From Candidatus Poribacteria bacterium (GTDB taxonomy: Bacteria; Poribacteria; WGA-4E; PCPOR2b), in NCBI GenBank assembly GCA_965116925.1, contig OZ220744.1, forward strand, positions 5,696,001-5,760,000: a stretch of 64,000 nt of DNA, in the 5' to 3' direction. The translations under genes and the position numbers were made by a program. Of the stretch, positions 19,718-30,468 are shown one piece after another (position 1 is the first letter of the stretch; each line of letters begins with the position of its first letter). The notes beneath the pieces were generated by a model. The model did not search any database, had not been told where the DNA came from, and saw nothing but the letters and a program-made list of their open reading frames with translations.

Positions 19718-21028
19718 TCAGGTTTCGCTGATAAGTCTTTCTTTTTGAAGGATATCCCCAGCAATCGCGTAGGTTGTTCCGTGCATGGCAATGACCACCA
19801 ATCCAATACCCGATGCGAGGTAACCTCCCATATAGAGGTTTGGGATATTAACCGCCTCATAGTTGTGCGGATGGGTCATCACCTGATGCAACTGGAAACG
19901 GTAGTTGTCATATTTCTCGACCTGTTGGAGCGGTTCAAACCCCTCAAAGGGAGAATAGTCTGCACTGCCACCAATCTCCAAGATAACATGCTCGGCTTCG
20001 ATGACCTGTTTTTCACTTTGATGATTTATTGTCACCAGACCGGCGGACACTCCTTCTTTAATCTCGCAAATATGGCTTTGGTATAACGTTTGAAAACGCG
20101 AATCTCGGCTTTCCATAATCTCCGCGAGTCGGGCGTAATAAGGCAGCCCGTAGCGGCTATCGCTGATTAACCGCCAGTGATTCTCAAACGGCTGGCGCAT
20201 CACATAGTATACCTGTTTGCCCGCATCGTAGAGTTCCGTTGCTGCCCAATCCGCCGATCTACCGCCGCCGACGACAATGGCACGCTCACCGGGGAAATCC
20301 TCCGGCCGATCGTAGCTTTTCGCGACAAATGGAAGATCCTCCCCGGGTACATCGAGCCGCCGAAGGATGCACCGCTGTCCAACGGCGTAAACGAGGTACT
20401 TGGCGGTATATTGGTGGGTTGTCTCCGTTCCTACCTCCTTGCTTGTAACCAGAAAACCGCGTTCATGTGGCTCGATGCGCACGACCTTTTCGCCGGTATG
20501 GATGCGATCCGTCTGTCCAAATCGAGCCGGAATGCTGTGATAGTAACGGAGTAAATCGCCCTTGATTATCAGATCGTTGACGTTTATGTCAATCCCGTGT
20601 TCTTCAGTATGTAGCGCGAGCGGATAGAACGGGAACTCCATCCACTGTCCTGGAGACAGGGTCAGGAGATTCTGGGGGACATTGTTCCATAGCCCGCCGA
20701 CCTCCTCTTGTGTAATGAGCAGGTAATCTATCGGCGTTTCTTGGCGAAATTCCATCGCGACTTGTGCGAGTTCTTCAAACAACTGTCTGGGATGATGGAG
20801 GAGTCGGAAGAGATCCACGGGCGGGACGTTTCTGGACAACCCTTTGAAATCTAATCCCAGAAGGGTCCCTTTGATTTGCTGCAGTCCCGCAGCCAGCTGT
20901 GGATAGCGCGTGCTGAACATACGACTTCCACGAAAGTAAGGGTGCCAGCCTCCCAACACCACAGCGAGCGGAAGTCCAGCAGGTCCCCCGCCCACAATAA
21001 TTACAGTACGATGTTCTATATTCGGCAA
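19718..21028 (-). CDS. FAD/NAD(P)-dependent oxidoreductase, OSGIN-like
   Basis: GGGPAG and GGGRSA Rossmann motifs, GGLW, LSPGQWMEFP. Confidence 0.7.
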   Translation of the reverse strand: MPNIEHRTVIIVGGGPAGLPLAVVLGGWHPYFRGSRMFSTRYPQLAAGLQQIKGTLLGLDFKGLSRNVPPVDLFRLLHHPRQLFEELAQVAMEFRQETPIDYLLITQEEVGGLWNNVPQNLLTLSPGQWMEFPFYPLALHTEEHGIDINVNDLIIKGDLLRYYHSIPARFGQTDRIHTGEKVVRIEPHERGFLVTSKEVGTETTHQYTAKYLVYAVGQRCILRRLDVPGEDLPFVAKSYDRPEDFPGERAIVVGGGRSADWAATELYDAGKQVYYVMRQPFENHWRLISDSRYGLPYYARLAEIMESRDSRFQTLYQSHICEIKEGVSAGLVTINHQSEKQVIEAEHVILEIGGSADYSPFEGFEPLQQVEKYDNYRFQLHQVMTHPHNYEAVNIPNLYMGGYLASGIGLVVIAMHGTTYAIAGDILQKERLISET

Positions 21029-21100
21029 TCAATCACCTCGGAAGCAGATGGAATCTTCAGAAGAACCTGTCCTCGAACCATTCGTTTTACGTTTCACGAG

Positions 21101-21763
21101 CTACAACTCAGCCCGATAATAGAGACAGTGTGCTGTGATGGGACATTGGTCGCACTTCGGCTTGCGTGCGTCACAGATCCGGCGTCCAAAAGCAATAAGA
21201 TTCATGTGAAACGGGTATGCCTTGCCTTCAGCGATAATCTGTGGCATCAATTCATGCGCTTTTTCCGCGGTACAATTTGAAGGTACGAACCCCAGTCGTT
21301 TGCTGATTCGCAGGACGTGCGTATCCACAGGAAACACATCACGCCCACAAGCGAACGCAAGTGTAACGGATACAGTTTTGATACCTATGCCTTTGTGCTG
21401 AGACAGCAGCGGTATTGCCTCGTCGGTCGCCATCTCGCGGATGAACTCCAGATCTAGCTCGCCATATTCTGCCTTGAGCCATGTCAAGAAATTCTTGATT
21501 GTACGGCTTTTTTGTCCGCTCAGTCCTGCAATCTTGATAGCGTCCGCAATTTCTTCTACCTCGGCGTTGAGCACCTCTTCCCATGTCGGAAAACGTTCCT
21601 TGAGGACTGTGAATCCCTTATCACGGTTGACATCGTTTGTGTTCTGAGACAAGACGGTAAGCATTAAACAATCGAGGACATTTTCTTGCATATCCGGTTC
21701 GGGCGCGCCGTAAAGTTCTTCTAAAGCATCAGAAACCAATTCTGTTTTCTGCTCAAGGTCCAA
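21101..21763 (-). CDS. nth: Endonuclease III (HhH-GPD, 4Fe-4S)
   Basis: LSQNT, GIGIKT, PVDTHV, C-x6-C-x2-C-x5-C. Confidence 0.85.
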   Translation of the reverse strand: MDLEQKTELVSDALEELYGAPEPDMQENVLDCLMLTVLSQNTNDVNRDKGFTVLKERFPTWEEVLNAEVEEIADAIKIAGLSGQKSRTIKNFLTWLKAEYGELDLEFIREMATDEAIPLLSQHKGIGIKTVSVTLAFACGRDVFPVDTHVLRISKRLGFVPSNCTAEKAHELMPQIIAEGKAYPFHMNLIAFGRRICDARKPKCDQCPITAHCLYYRAEL

Positions 21764-21935
21764 ATCATTCCTCCAATCCTTTTTGGTTCATTAGTTCATT
21801 AGTCGGTTGGTTGATTCATTCTTCTTATATTCCCGCTTTCGGATACACCTGTCGCCCCTCTGGGGCTAAATGAACTGATGAACCAATGATTTTTACGTTT
21901 CACGCATTACGTTTCACGTTATCAACAGCTGCAAG

Positions 21936-22054
21936 CTAGTACTCAGTCATATAAGTTTTGCATATCAACAAGGGGGTCGGGTGACCCGACCCCTACGAAG
22001 TATTATGAGTCTCAATCCATATAGACAATCATAATTTGCCTGACAGAGTACTAG
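21936..22054. mobile_element. MITE-like element with CTAGTACTC ends
   Basis: CTAGTACTCAGTCA / TGACAGAGTACTAG inverted ends; REP-like GGGTCGGGTGACCCGACCCCTAC inside. Confidence 0.65.
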
Positions 22055-22066
22055 CACCATTGGTTA

Positions 22067-23245
22067 TTAAGAGTTTCCAATGTCCAGCAGCTCGATACCA
22101 TCCCGTGTGGAGTTGACTCGGAAGCGAATCACATACACGCGGTTCGGTGCTTTACCACTTTCGCAATACGAAATCAACAACGATCCATCCTCCATCTGGA
22201 GTCCGCCGGGGTAGCCGTAACAAGACACATCGAGGGGAAGTTCCGGCGTCCAATTTATCCCTCCGTCCCGGCTCAAGAAAGCATATAACCCGCCTTGGTA
22301 GGTTGCGACACAGACGAGGGTGCTATCCTCAAGTACGAACAATCGTGGTGCTTTGACCGTTCCACCCCCCCTTCCCCCCCGCAAGCGGGGGGGTATGATT
22401 TGTCCAGACTCGCGCCAATTCACACCATCGTCCTCTGAAAAAAAGATGCCGCCATCGGGTCGAGAAGCCATGACGAGATGTCCGTCGTCAAAACGAGCGA
22501 TGGCAGGTTCGTCCACATCTTTATCCTCGCGGCGGATAGTAGAGACGGTGCGCCATGTCTTCCCGGCGTCATCGGAACGGCGAATCGCGCCAAAGAGATG
22601 ATTCTCATTTTGACTTGAGCAGTAGGTGGGCCAAAGGATACCTCCATCGGGAAGTTGGACCGCCTGACCGTGACTCCTTTCGTAAAATGAGCCGGGACTA
22701 TCCAACCAGATTGGTTCACTCCAAGTTGCCCCGTTGTCGGTTGATCTAATCACGCACTGCTGGGTGTTCAATCCGTTCAGGTCTTTGCGGAAAGCTGGAG
22801 GTGCCTCTGGAAATCCATACCAAGATGCCTGTACATTGATGAAGCAGAGCACGGTATTATCTTGGCAAACAAACAGCGTAACGGGACCGTCATCTAAGGG
22901 GATATTTGTCAGTTCGACAGGTTTGCTCCAGGTACGACCGTCATTGGTGGAATGGACCGCCATTGAACGTCCGCCGGTGGGTGCAATAAAATCCACGGGC
23001 CAGCCTTCAGCAGCATAGCGTTCGCGGGTCTCTTTCTCAAACAATCTCGGGGACGCAAACGAGGCGTGCCAGTAACCAGCGGAGTGAGCAAGCAACAGAT
23101 TTCCATTGGGCATTCGCTCTAGTCCCCCAGCCCAGCCGATGAAGTCACCGAGTCCGGGGAACGGATCAGGACGATTGAAATCCCAGCCGGTGACACATAT
23201 CCGCGCCTCTTCAGCCGTGAGCAGTTTTTTTGTGGTAGGGTGCAT
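22067..23245 (-). CDS. Asp-box (BNR) sialidase-like glycosidase
   Basis: Five SxDxGxxW-like boxes; GYP near the C-terminus. Confidence 0.8.
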   Translation of the reverse strand: MHPTTKKLLTAEEARICVTGWDFNRPDPFPGLGDFIGWAGGLERMPNGNLLLAHSAGYWHASFASPRLFEKETRERYAAEGWPVDFIAPTGGRSMAVHSTNDGRTWSKPVELTNIPLDDGPVTLFVCQDNTVLCFINVQASWYGFPEAPPAFRKDLNGLNTQQCVIRSTDNGATWSEPIWLDSPGSFYERSHGQAVQLPDGGILWPTYCSSQNENHLFGAIRRSDDAGKTWRTVSTIRREDKDVDEPAIARFDDGHLVMASRPDGGIFFSEDDGVNWRESGQIIPPRLRGGRGGGTVKAPRLFVLEDSTLVCVATYQGGLYAFLSRDGGINWTPELPLDVSCYGYPGGLQMEDGSLLISYCESGKAPNRVYVIRFRVNSTRDGIELLDIGNS

Positions 23246-23304
23246 TTTCTCTCCTCATTTTGAGAACTGAGAATTGAAGTAACCGATACAAACAGGGTTA
23301 ATGC

Positions 23305-23907
23305 CTATTGCTTACACCGCTGACGATAGAGGTTAGGGTCAATCTCTGCAGCCATGACCCCCACATCTAGGTTCTTACCGAGAAACACTTGGATACTCTT
23401 TGCAATCTTCGTCGGATGCTGAAGGGCCTCCGAATAGGCTACATCAAGCGTTGGAATATAGCGTTGCATCAGCACCCCCTTTACCTCAAGGAGTTGACGT
23501 TCAAAGATCTGGTGAAGCTGCACATCGGACAGATTTCCACCGCTTTTCCCTTGACGCTGGAGCATCTGCCGCTGAGAGGCAAGCACTTCGCTGATATCGC
23601 GCTCTATGAAGATCACTCGATAGCTGAATTGAGGCGGCAGAAACGGAATTAGTTGGGCGATGATTTTCACCGCTTTGCCTTTCGCTTCAGACAGCCACGC
23701 GCGATCTCGCCGCAGCCGTTTCACCTTCTCGTATTCAAAATAGCCGCGCGGATTATCGGCATCTGCCTTGCGTACGCCGTCGGTCAGGCACGGGTAGCTG
23801 GCGGCAGCCAACATTTGCATCAGCATTGAGGTGCCAGACCGGGGGAGACCAGATACCACCGTGATGAGTTCATTTGTACATGAGTTCATTTGTTCATTTG
23901 AGTTCAT
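23305..23907 (-). CDS. Sulfotransferase-family protein
   Basis: VSGLPRSGTS PAPS-binding loop; start uncertain because of an N-terminal repeat. Confidence 0.8.
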   Translation of the reverse strand: MNSNEQMNSCTNELITVVSGLPRSGTSMLMQMLAAASYPCLTDGVRKADADNPRGYFEYEKVKRLRRDRAWLSEAKGKAVKIIAQLIPFLPPQFSYRVIFIERDISEVLASQRQMLQRQGKSGGNLSDVQLHQIFERQLLEVKGVLMQRYIPTLDVAYSEALQHPTKIAKSIQVFLGKNLDVGVMAAEIDPNLYRQRCKQ

Positions 23908-23916
23908 TCGTTCGTT

Positions 23917-24007
23917 GGCTCATATAAAAAGAGGGTGTGAAGCATGAAGAGAAACCGAGTTTTCAAGAAAAAACTCGGTTTCTTTGCACTACATCTTAAC
24001 ATGAGCG
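23917..24007. mobile_element. MITE family A copy
   Basis: GGCTCATAT...CATGAGCG with GAAACCGAGTTTT/AAAACTCGGTTTC stem; imperfect flanking repeat. Confidence 0.75.
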
Positions 24008-24057
24008 TCGTTTGTTAATGAACCAGTGAACTAATGAGCAAAAAAACGAGTTTGAGG

Positions 24058-25161
24058 TCAAGATTCCTGTGAGAGCACTTTTTTCTCTAGCTCGATATAC
24101 TTCTCCAGCAGCCGCTTCTGTTTCTTCGTTAGGGTAGTAGGGATTTCAATAACTACAGTGACAAGGAGATCCCCCGTCTCGCTTTCAGATTTTTTAATTC
24201 CCTGCCCGATTAGCCGGAATGTTTGATTGGGTTGTGTCCCTCGTGGGAGATTCAACGCAATCGGATCGGTAAGTGTCGGAACATGGACCTCTCCACCTAG
24301 GGTCGCTGTCGCAAAGCCAACTGGAACCTGACAGCGCAAATCATACCCATCACGTTGCAAGACCGGGTGTGATTTGACAACAACATCTACAAATAGATCA
24401 CCGTAAGGTCCCCCACGTAAGCCACATTCCCCCTGACCGGGTAAGCGTAATGATTTCCCACTCTCAATCCCCGGAGGCGTTTTCACTAGTAAAGCACGTT
24501 CCTTACGGGTGGCACCTGTCCCGCGACAAGTTTGACACGGCTGGTGAATAAGGACACCTGTTCCCCGGCAGCGTTCGCACAGCTTACTCTCCGTTGTATT
24601 TTCCCGCAACAACTGGTCAAGGATCTCACCGTTTCCCATACAGTTAGGACAAGTTGATTGGGGCGAGTCCTTTTGTGCTCCTGTGCCGTTACAACTGTCA
24701 CATTCCTCATTGCGATGAATACGGATGGATCGCTCCGTTCCCAACATGGCTTCAGTAAATGGAAGCGTTAGACCGGTTCTCATGTTGGAACCACGCCTTC
24801 CCTTTACTTTAACCGTTCGCCTTGTTTTCGTCTTTCGTTTCGTTTGCGGCCCGGATCTAAATAGACCATCAAAGAAGTCATTAATTTTGGAGTTGCTATC
24901 ACTAGAACGTCTAAATCCCCCGTTTCCTTGACTGCCCGTATCCATCCTTGAGGATTGATCGCCAATATGCTGCGGACTCAGTTCCATTAATGCCTGATAA
25001 GCCATTGAGGCTTCTTTGAATCTCTCCTCTGCCCGTTTATCCCCCGGATTTTTGTCGGGGTGATATCGCATCGCAATTTTTCGATAGGCTTTCTTTATTT
25101 CGTCGGGGGTCGCATGCCGACTGACGCCAAGGATTTGATAGTTATCCTTCTTCCTCACCAA
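24058..25161 (-). CDS. dnaJ: DnaJ-class chaperone
   Basis: J domain HPD; four CxxCxGxG repeats; C-terminal domain. Confidence 0.85.
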   Translation of the reverse strand: MVRKKDNYQILGVSRHATPDEIKKAYRKIAMRYHPDKNPGDKRAEERFKEASMAYQALMELSPQHIGDQSSRMDTGSQGNGGFRRSSDSNSKINDFFDGLFRSGPQTKRKTKTRRTVKVKGRRGSNMRTGLTLPFTEAMLGTERSIRIHRNEECDSCNGTGAQKDSPQSTCPNCMGNGEILDQLLRENTTESKLCERCRGTGVLIHQPCQTCRGTGATRKERALLVKTPPGIESGKSLRLPGQGECGLRGGPYGDLFVDVVVKSHPVLQRDGYDLRCQVPVGFATATLGGEVHVPTLTDPIALNLPRGTQPNQTFRLIGQGIKKSESETGDLLVTVVIEIPTTLTKKQKRLLEKYIELEKKVLSQES

Positions 25162-25232
25162 TCTTTCTCCTCATATCCGCCAAACCTAAACTCAGAATCC
25201 TGTTGTATTAGGACTTGATCACAAATCTATGT

Positions 25233-28200
25233 TCATCTTTGGATTAACAATACCCGCTTTGTCCCCTTATTTGAAGCTTGCCGGACAAGTGCCTTTAGGT
25301 CGAGAATATCATTGACGGAAACTGTTGGACGATGGAAGCGGAGCGTCTGCTTCATCCCCATTTTTCGTTTCGATTTTGTATATTCAAGTTGGATAGATCC
25401 AACACGGTTGTGAATCTCACGGTCTTCAGGCACAGAATCCACCGAAAACAGAGACGATAAATTGACAATCACCTCATCCACAAAGGTGATCGCTTTGCCG
25501 AGGACGACCGGGTGTGTTCTGTTCTCTTCACTGAGCAGCGCAGCGTACGGATGCTTGACAAGCGGTAATTCGAGGACATACTGCTGACCAATAGCGAAAA
25601 GGTAATCCTCACACCGCCATGAGAGGATAATCTCCAATTCATCCTCCATAGCATCAAGCTTTGAGATCGAAACTTTCTCTAACTTCGCACGGTCATCAAG
25701 TTCCATATAGTCATGGAGAAATTTCGATTGTTCATCAGGGTTGATATATTTTAATTGACTTCGTAGTTTCGTGTTGAACGCTCCAGTTACGGTGAGTGTT
25801 TGAGTCACCTTTACGGACAGATCATCTTCTACCTGTATCCGTGTCTCAACACCTTTGCGGTTTGCCGCTGCTTCGATTGTTGGACTTTTCGCAAATCGGT
25901 ATAATTGCTCCCGCATTCCACCAGTTTCCTCGGGATTTGAATTGACCTCGGTGGCTGTGGAGGCAAGCCGTTGCCCTATCTCTTCCCTTTCCTTCATGAG
26001 AAAATCAGGGTTGACGATGAGTGCCCACCGATCCTGGTCGCTGGCGGGAAGATCTCCAAACGCACAGGTCTCTGCTGTTGCATCTAGCCAGATGAGTCCA
26101 CCGTTGTCATTTTCCTCCACAGCAAGAATCATGTGATTAAAATACGAGAGTGAGGGAATTTCACGGATAACCTTACTAGACTCACCCGCGGAAATCAACA
26201 CTGGATAGGACTGGATGCCCACCGCCGACAGCATTGTGCTGAGCAGGGTCGTTTTATCCTTGCAATCCCCATAGCCTTCTTTAAAGATTTCGGGTGCCGA
26301 GTGTGGTTTTATCGCCCATATTCCGAGTTCAATGCCAACATAATCAATGTTTGTCGCAACGTATTCATAGAGCCGTTTAATCTTCTCTTTTCGACTCCAT
26401 GCCCCTCTCAGCAATGCCTTCGTTTTCTGCTCAATTTCTGGCGTCAGATAATCCTGCTCACGGATGAGAGTGCCGTACCACTCCATGAGTTTATCCCACG
26501 AGTCAAGCGATGTGATATTGATGCTGTAGGCGAGGTCTTCGACAGCAGGCATAAACGCCTCTTCACGGAGTGGCGGGACATCACGTATTTCAAATGTATA
26601 GGTGCGTGTATATCGGGTTTCCGTGATTGTCGGCTCCGCCCCGACGGCTTGCGAAGCGTTAACCTGGTAGTAAACCGTTTTCTTTTTTGGCGCGTGAATG
26701 GTAAAACGGTAGTTTAGCACAGGCTCTGAAGTTTGAAAGTAGACTTGGTGCCAAAATTCGCCCTGCATCAGATGCCCCCGATTGTTAGAGGAGTAAGCGT
26801 AGTCAATGATGCAATCATCAGACATCTCTGGCATTGAAAAGTGCATAAGACGGGCATCTACAAACAGTCCCGCTTCGACCGCACTCGGCGGCGGTATATT
26901 TTTAACGATGCTCCGTTGATCAAGGTCAACCTCACGACCATCGGGAGTAAGTGTTCGAGCGTGATGAATCGTGATGTCATCGTTTCCGCGTGTATAAGGG
27001 ATACTGACCTTACCAAATTTATGTCCCGTATCATTGAAGATCTTTACAATCCGCCGCGTGGAATAGATGTAGCTGCTGTCTTCGTTGACATTCATCACCT
27101 CTGTTTCCCAAAGCACAACCGCACCGCCATCTGGATAATCATCTGCTCGCGGAGCGTCTGCAAGTAACGCTTCGATCTGCGCTTCATCCGCTTCTGAAAC
27201 GAAATTATAAGAAATAGAGGTGCGTTGGGATGGTGGTTTGACAGCCTCATCAAGCATTTCTGTTGATTCATCATTGGGGCGATTTGAGTCTAGTTCGGCT
27301 AGCATGGAATCAACGAGTGCTGAACGACGTTTTCCAAGGTAGGTTCTTTGGGCAAGTGCCCCGTCCGAAGCGTTTGGTAGCTCTCTGCGTGAGGCGATTC
27401 CATCCCCGTTATCGTCAAGGTGGGGATGCTCTGATTGCACAGAGCCATCGCTTTCGTACCACGTTTTCACCCGATTTTGGGTGTATAGAAACGCTTCTAA
27501 CAGTGAAATCGCTCCATTATTATCCGCATCAGCGGAGCGGTCAGAAAAGGCATCAATGAACATATTGCCAAACCCTGAACGCATGTATCCCTCCCGCGCT
27601 GAACAAGCGGTGATAATTGTTCGCCCTTCCTTGCTCACTTGAGGGACGAGACGTGCACTGTAGGGGAATCCGAAGATTAAAACCATCTGCTCGGCGGGAA
27701 CCTCCTCAATGAGCGCAGCCCACTCTACATCTCGGATGTCCCGTCCGGGGGAGTTGAATTTTAGTCCACCTCCGGTTTTGGTTGCATGACCTGCCATGAA
27801 GAGGAGGAACCGATCTCCCGGCTGTACCCGCGACTGTAGATCGGCGAAAGCAGCTTCAACCCCGGCTTTCGTCGATTTCCCGTCGATCAGATCTGACGCC
27901 TCTCCGCCATCTTCAAACAGAAAGGTGATATGTTCCGGTGCGTAGCTGTATTCCTCTATCAGCAATTCACGCATTCGTGTGGTAGCGTTCCAAAATTCAT
28001 CGTAAAAGGATTTCTCACCACCGACGCCGCCAATGATAAGTGCGTAATCTTCGGCAGAGGCATCGGGTGTGATGAACAGCATGAAACTCAAAAGCAGACA
28101 AACGCCAAAAGCAGAAAGTGAACAGAGGAGAAAACGGGAAAACGAGAAAACGAGAAAACGGGCAGAATTTAACGCAATGTCGTAAGGATGTAATGTCGGA

Positions 28201-28349
28201 AAGAAAAAAGAAAAACCTTTGCGCCTTTGTAAGATACCCGAAACTATAGCATAACGTTCTAGGCTCAATGAGTCGAGCATATTGCGCGATAGGTCTTTGT
28301 CCTTGCGTTTGATTTTACCATTTTTTCGTTTTCTATCTTTCACTTTCAT
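25233..28349 (-). CDS. Secreted fusion: caspase/C13-like domain + DUF3857 + transglutaminase-like domain
   Basis: YALIIGG...FMAGH; GYGDCKDK, FNHMI, WLDAT triad. Confidence 0.75.
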   Translation of the reverse strand: MKVKDRKRKNGKIKRKDKDLSRNMLDSLSLERYAIVSGILQRRKGFSFFFPTLHPYDIALNSARFLVFSFSRFLLCSLSAFGVCLLLSFMLFITPDASAEDYALIIGGVGGEKSFYDEFWNATTRMRELLIEEYSYAPEHITFLFEDGGEASDLIDGKSTKAGVEAAFADLQSRVQPGDRFLLFMAGHATKTGGGLKFNSPGRDIRDVEWAALIEEVPAEQMVLIFGFPYSARLVPQVSKEGRTIITACSAREGYMRSGFGNMFIDAFSDRSADADNNGAISLLEAFLYTQNRVKTWYESDGSVQSEHPHLDDNGDGIASRRELPNASDGALAQRTYLGKRRSALVDSMLAELDSNRPNDESTEMLDEAVKPPSQRTSISYNFVSEADEAQIEALLADAPRADDYPDGGAVVLWETEVMNVNEDSSYIYSTRRIVKIFNDTGHKFGKVSIPYTRGNDDITIHHARTLTPDGREVDLDQRSIVKNIPPPSAVEAGLFVDARLMHFSMPEMSDDCIIDYAYSSNNRGHLMQGEFWHQVYFQTSEPVLNYRFTIHAPKKKTVYYQVNASQAVGAEPTITETRYTRTYTFEIRDVPPLREEAFMPAVEDLAYSINITSLDSWDKLMEWYGTLIREQDYLTPEIEQKTKALLRGAWSRKEKIKRLYEYVATNIDYVGIELGIWAIKPHSAPEIFKEGYGDCKDKTTLLSTMLSAVGIQSYPVLISAGESSKVIREIPSLSYFNHMILAVEENDNGGLIWLDATAETCAFGDLPASDQDRWALIVNPDFLMKEREEIGQRLASTATEVNSNPEETGGMREQLYRFAKSPTIEAAANRKGVETRIQVEDDLSVKVTQTLTVTGAFNTKLRSQLKYINPDEQSKFLHDYMELDDRAKLEKVSISKLDAMEDELEIILSWRCEDYLFAIGQQYVLELPLVKHPYAALLSEENRTHPVVLGKAITFVDEVIVNLSSLFSVDSVPEDREIHNRVGSIQLEYTKSKRKMGMKQTLRFHRPTVSVNDILDLKALVRQASNKGTKRVLLIQR

Positions 28350-28375
28350 TGCTTTTTCTCCCTTCCTCCCTCTTA

Positions 28376-28861
28376 TTATGCCAATTCCTTCCGAATAAAT
28401 GTCCCACTTTTCCCGCCAGTCTTTTTGACCAGTCGAATATTAGAGATTTCCATTTCCCTATCTACCGACTTGCACATGTCGTAGACTGTCAAACTGGCGA
28501 CAGAGACAGCGGTCATGGCTTCCATCTCGACACCCGTCCGTCCGACGGTCTGTACCTCCGCCTCAATTTCAACGCGACGTTCCGCTTCATTGATCGACAG
28601 ATCGACCTTGACACCGGTCAGCGCGAGCGGATGACAGAGGGGGATGAGATCTCCGGTGCGTTTGGTCGCCATGATGCCAGCAAGGCGCGCCACTTCGAGG
28701 ACATCCCCTTTTGCGAAACTGCGTTCGGTGATTAACTGGAGTGTCTCCGGTTTTGCGGACACATGCCCGCGTGCCACCGCAACCCGCAGCGTCTCCGCCT
28801 TCGGCGTGACATCAACCATGCGGGCATGTCCTTTTTCGTCAAAATGTGTGAGATTATTCAT
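28376..28861 (-). CDS. moaC: Cyclic pyranopterin monophosphate synthase
   Basis: LTHFD...[30 protein letters not shown]. Confidence 0.95.
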   Translation of the reverse strand: MNNLTHFDEKGHARMVDVTPKAETLRVAVARGHVSAKPETLQLITERSFAKGDVLEVARLAGIMATKRTGDLIPLCHPLALTGVKVDLSINEAERRVEIEAEVQTVGRTGVEMEAMTAVSVASLTVYDMCKSVDREMEISNIRLVKKTGGKSGTFIRKELA

Positions 28862-30401
28862 TATGCTCTCCGCCCGAAACCACCGCCGTCACCCGCTCAA
28901 ACTGTGGTTTGAGCGCGGGATAAAGTGCGCGGTAAATCTGGTAATATTCTTGATAAATTTTCACATTGTCAGCGTTCGGTTGCGTCGCTGATGTGATTTT
29001 GATAATTTCATCTGCTGCACTCTCAACGCTGTCATAAACTCCCGTTCCGACCCCTGCGAGAATTGCTGCGCCAAATGCGGGTCCTTCGGCGATGTTAATC
29101 GTGACCAATTCGGTGTCGTAGACATCGGCTTGAATCTGTCGCCAGAGCGAACTCCGTGCGCCACCCCCTGTGGCGTAGATCCGCTCAATGGGTGTTCCTA
29201 GCCCACGAATAATCTCTAGCGAGTCGCGTAGCGCGTACGCAATGCCTTCCATTACCGATCGAATCAGATGGGGTTTACTGTGCCGCAGCGTCATGCCGAA
29301 GAAGGTCGCTTTGGCGTTTGCATCTGCGTGTGGTGTGCGCTCACCGGTGAGGTAGGGCAGAAAGATTAAGCCCTCGCTGCCAACCGGTGCTTCTGCTGCG
29401 CGTTGAGTTAAAATCTGATATGGATCAACGCCTTCGGTTTTTGCCTCCGCAACCTCTGAATCCCCCAAATTATCGCGAAACCAACGGAATGCGCCGCCGG
29501 CTGAAAGTACCACGCCCATCAGATACCACTTGTGCGGGGCAGAATGGCAGAAGCTGTGTGCTTGTAGGTTTGGGTCCACTTTGGCTTCATCGGTATGTGC
29601 AACGATCGCTCCCGATGTCCCGATACTTGCCGAAACTCGCCCTGTGCTGACAATCCCGTTGCCAACTGCGCTACAGGCGTTGTCCGCCCCACCTCCTACG
29701 ACCGGAGTCCCCGCCGAAAGTCCTGTCAATTCGGCGACCTCAGCGGTAATTTTTCCACAGATATCGACCGACTCGTACACAGGCGGTAAAAGTGACGGAT
29801 CGATATTGAGCTTATGCAACACCTCCTCAGACCAGCGTCGTCCCCGCACATCGAACAGGAGTGTCCCCGCTGCATCGGAAACCTCCGCGGCGATTTCGCC
29901 TGTCAAGCGGAATCGGACGTAATCTTTGGGGAGCAACATCGTGGCGGTCTTTTCCAGAATTTCCGGCTCGTTATCTCGCACCCAGATCACTTTTGGTGCG
30001 GTAAACCCCTCAAGTGCGGGGTTACACGTACTCTGCACCAGCAGATCCTCACCGACAGTCTCTGTGATGTAGCGGCACTGCTCCGTTGTCCGCACATCAC
30101 ACCATAAGATCGCCGAACGGAGGACGCGGTATTCGTTGTCCATCAACACCAAACCGTGCATCTGACCGGAAAGTCCCAACCCCTTGATTTCTTTAGGCGC
30201 AACCCCCGATTCGGCAAGCACCCTTTGGATGGATTTCACCGTTGCGTGCCACCAATCCTCCGGGGCTTGTTCCGCCCATTTCGGTTGAGGTGTGTGCAAC
30301 GGATATTCTTCTAGGGCACTGGCATGGAGTTGACCGGCTTCATCAACGAGAATCGTCTTCGCCCCTGTTGTTCCGACATCGATACCGATGAGATATGCCA
30401 T
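28854..30401 (-). CDS. xylB: Xylulokinase (FGGY family)
   Basis: [29 protein letters not shown]. Confidence 0.85.
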   Translation of the reverse strand: MAYLIGIDVGTTGAKTILVDEAGQLHASALEEYPLHTPQPKWAEQAPEDWWHATVKSIQRVLAESGVAPKEIKGLGLSGQMHGLVLMDNEYRVLRSAILWCDVRTTEQCRYITETVGEDLLVQSTCNPALEGFTAPKVIWVRDNEPEILEKTATMLLPKDYVRFRLTGEIAAEVSDAAGTLLFDVRGRRWSEEVLHKLNIDPSLLPPVYESVDICGKITAEVAELTGLSAGTPVVGGGADNACSAVGNGIVSTGRVSASIGTSGAIVAHTDEAKVDPNLQAHSFCHSAPHKWYLMGVVLSAGGAFRWFRDNLGDSEVAEAKTEGVDPYQILTQRAAEAPVGSEGLIFLPYLTGERTPHADANAKATFFGMTLRHSKPHLIRSVMEGIAYALRDSLEIIRGLGTPIERIYATGGGARSSLWRQIQADVYDTELVTINIAEGPAFGAAILAGVGTGVYDSVESAADEIIKITSATQPNADNVKIYQEYYQIYRALYPALKPQFERVTAVVSGGEHNE

Positions 30402-30468
30402 AAATCATTTCCTGAGAGCTGTGAGACGCAATATGCTAGCGAGTCAAAATCCCATCTTGAGATTCACT

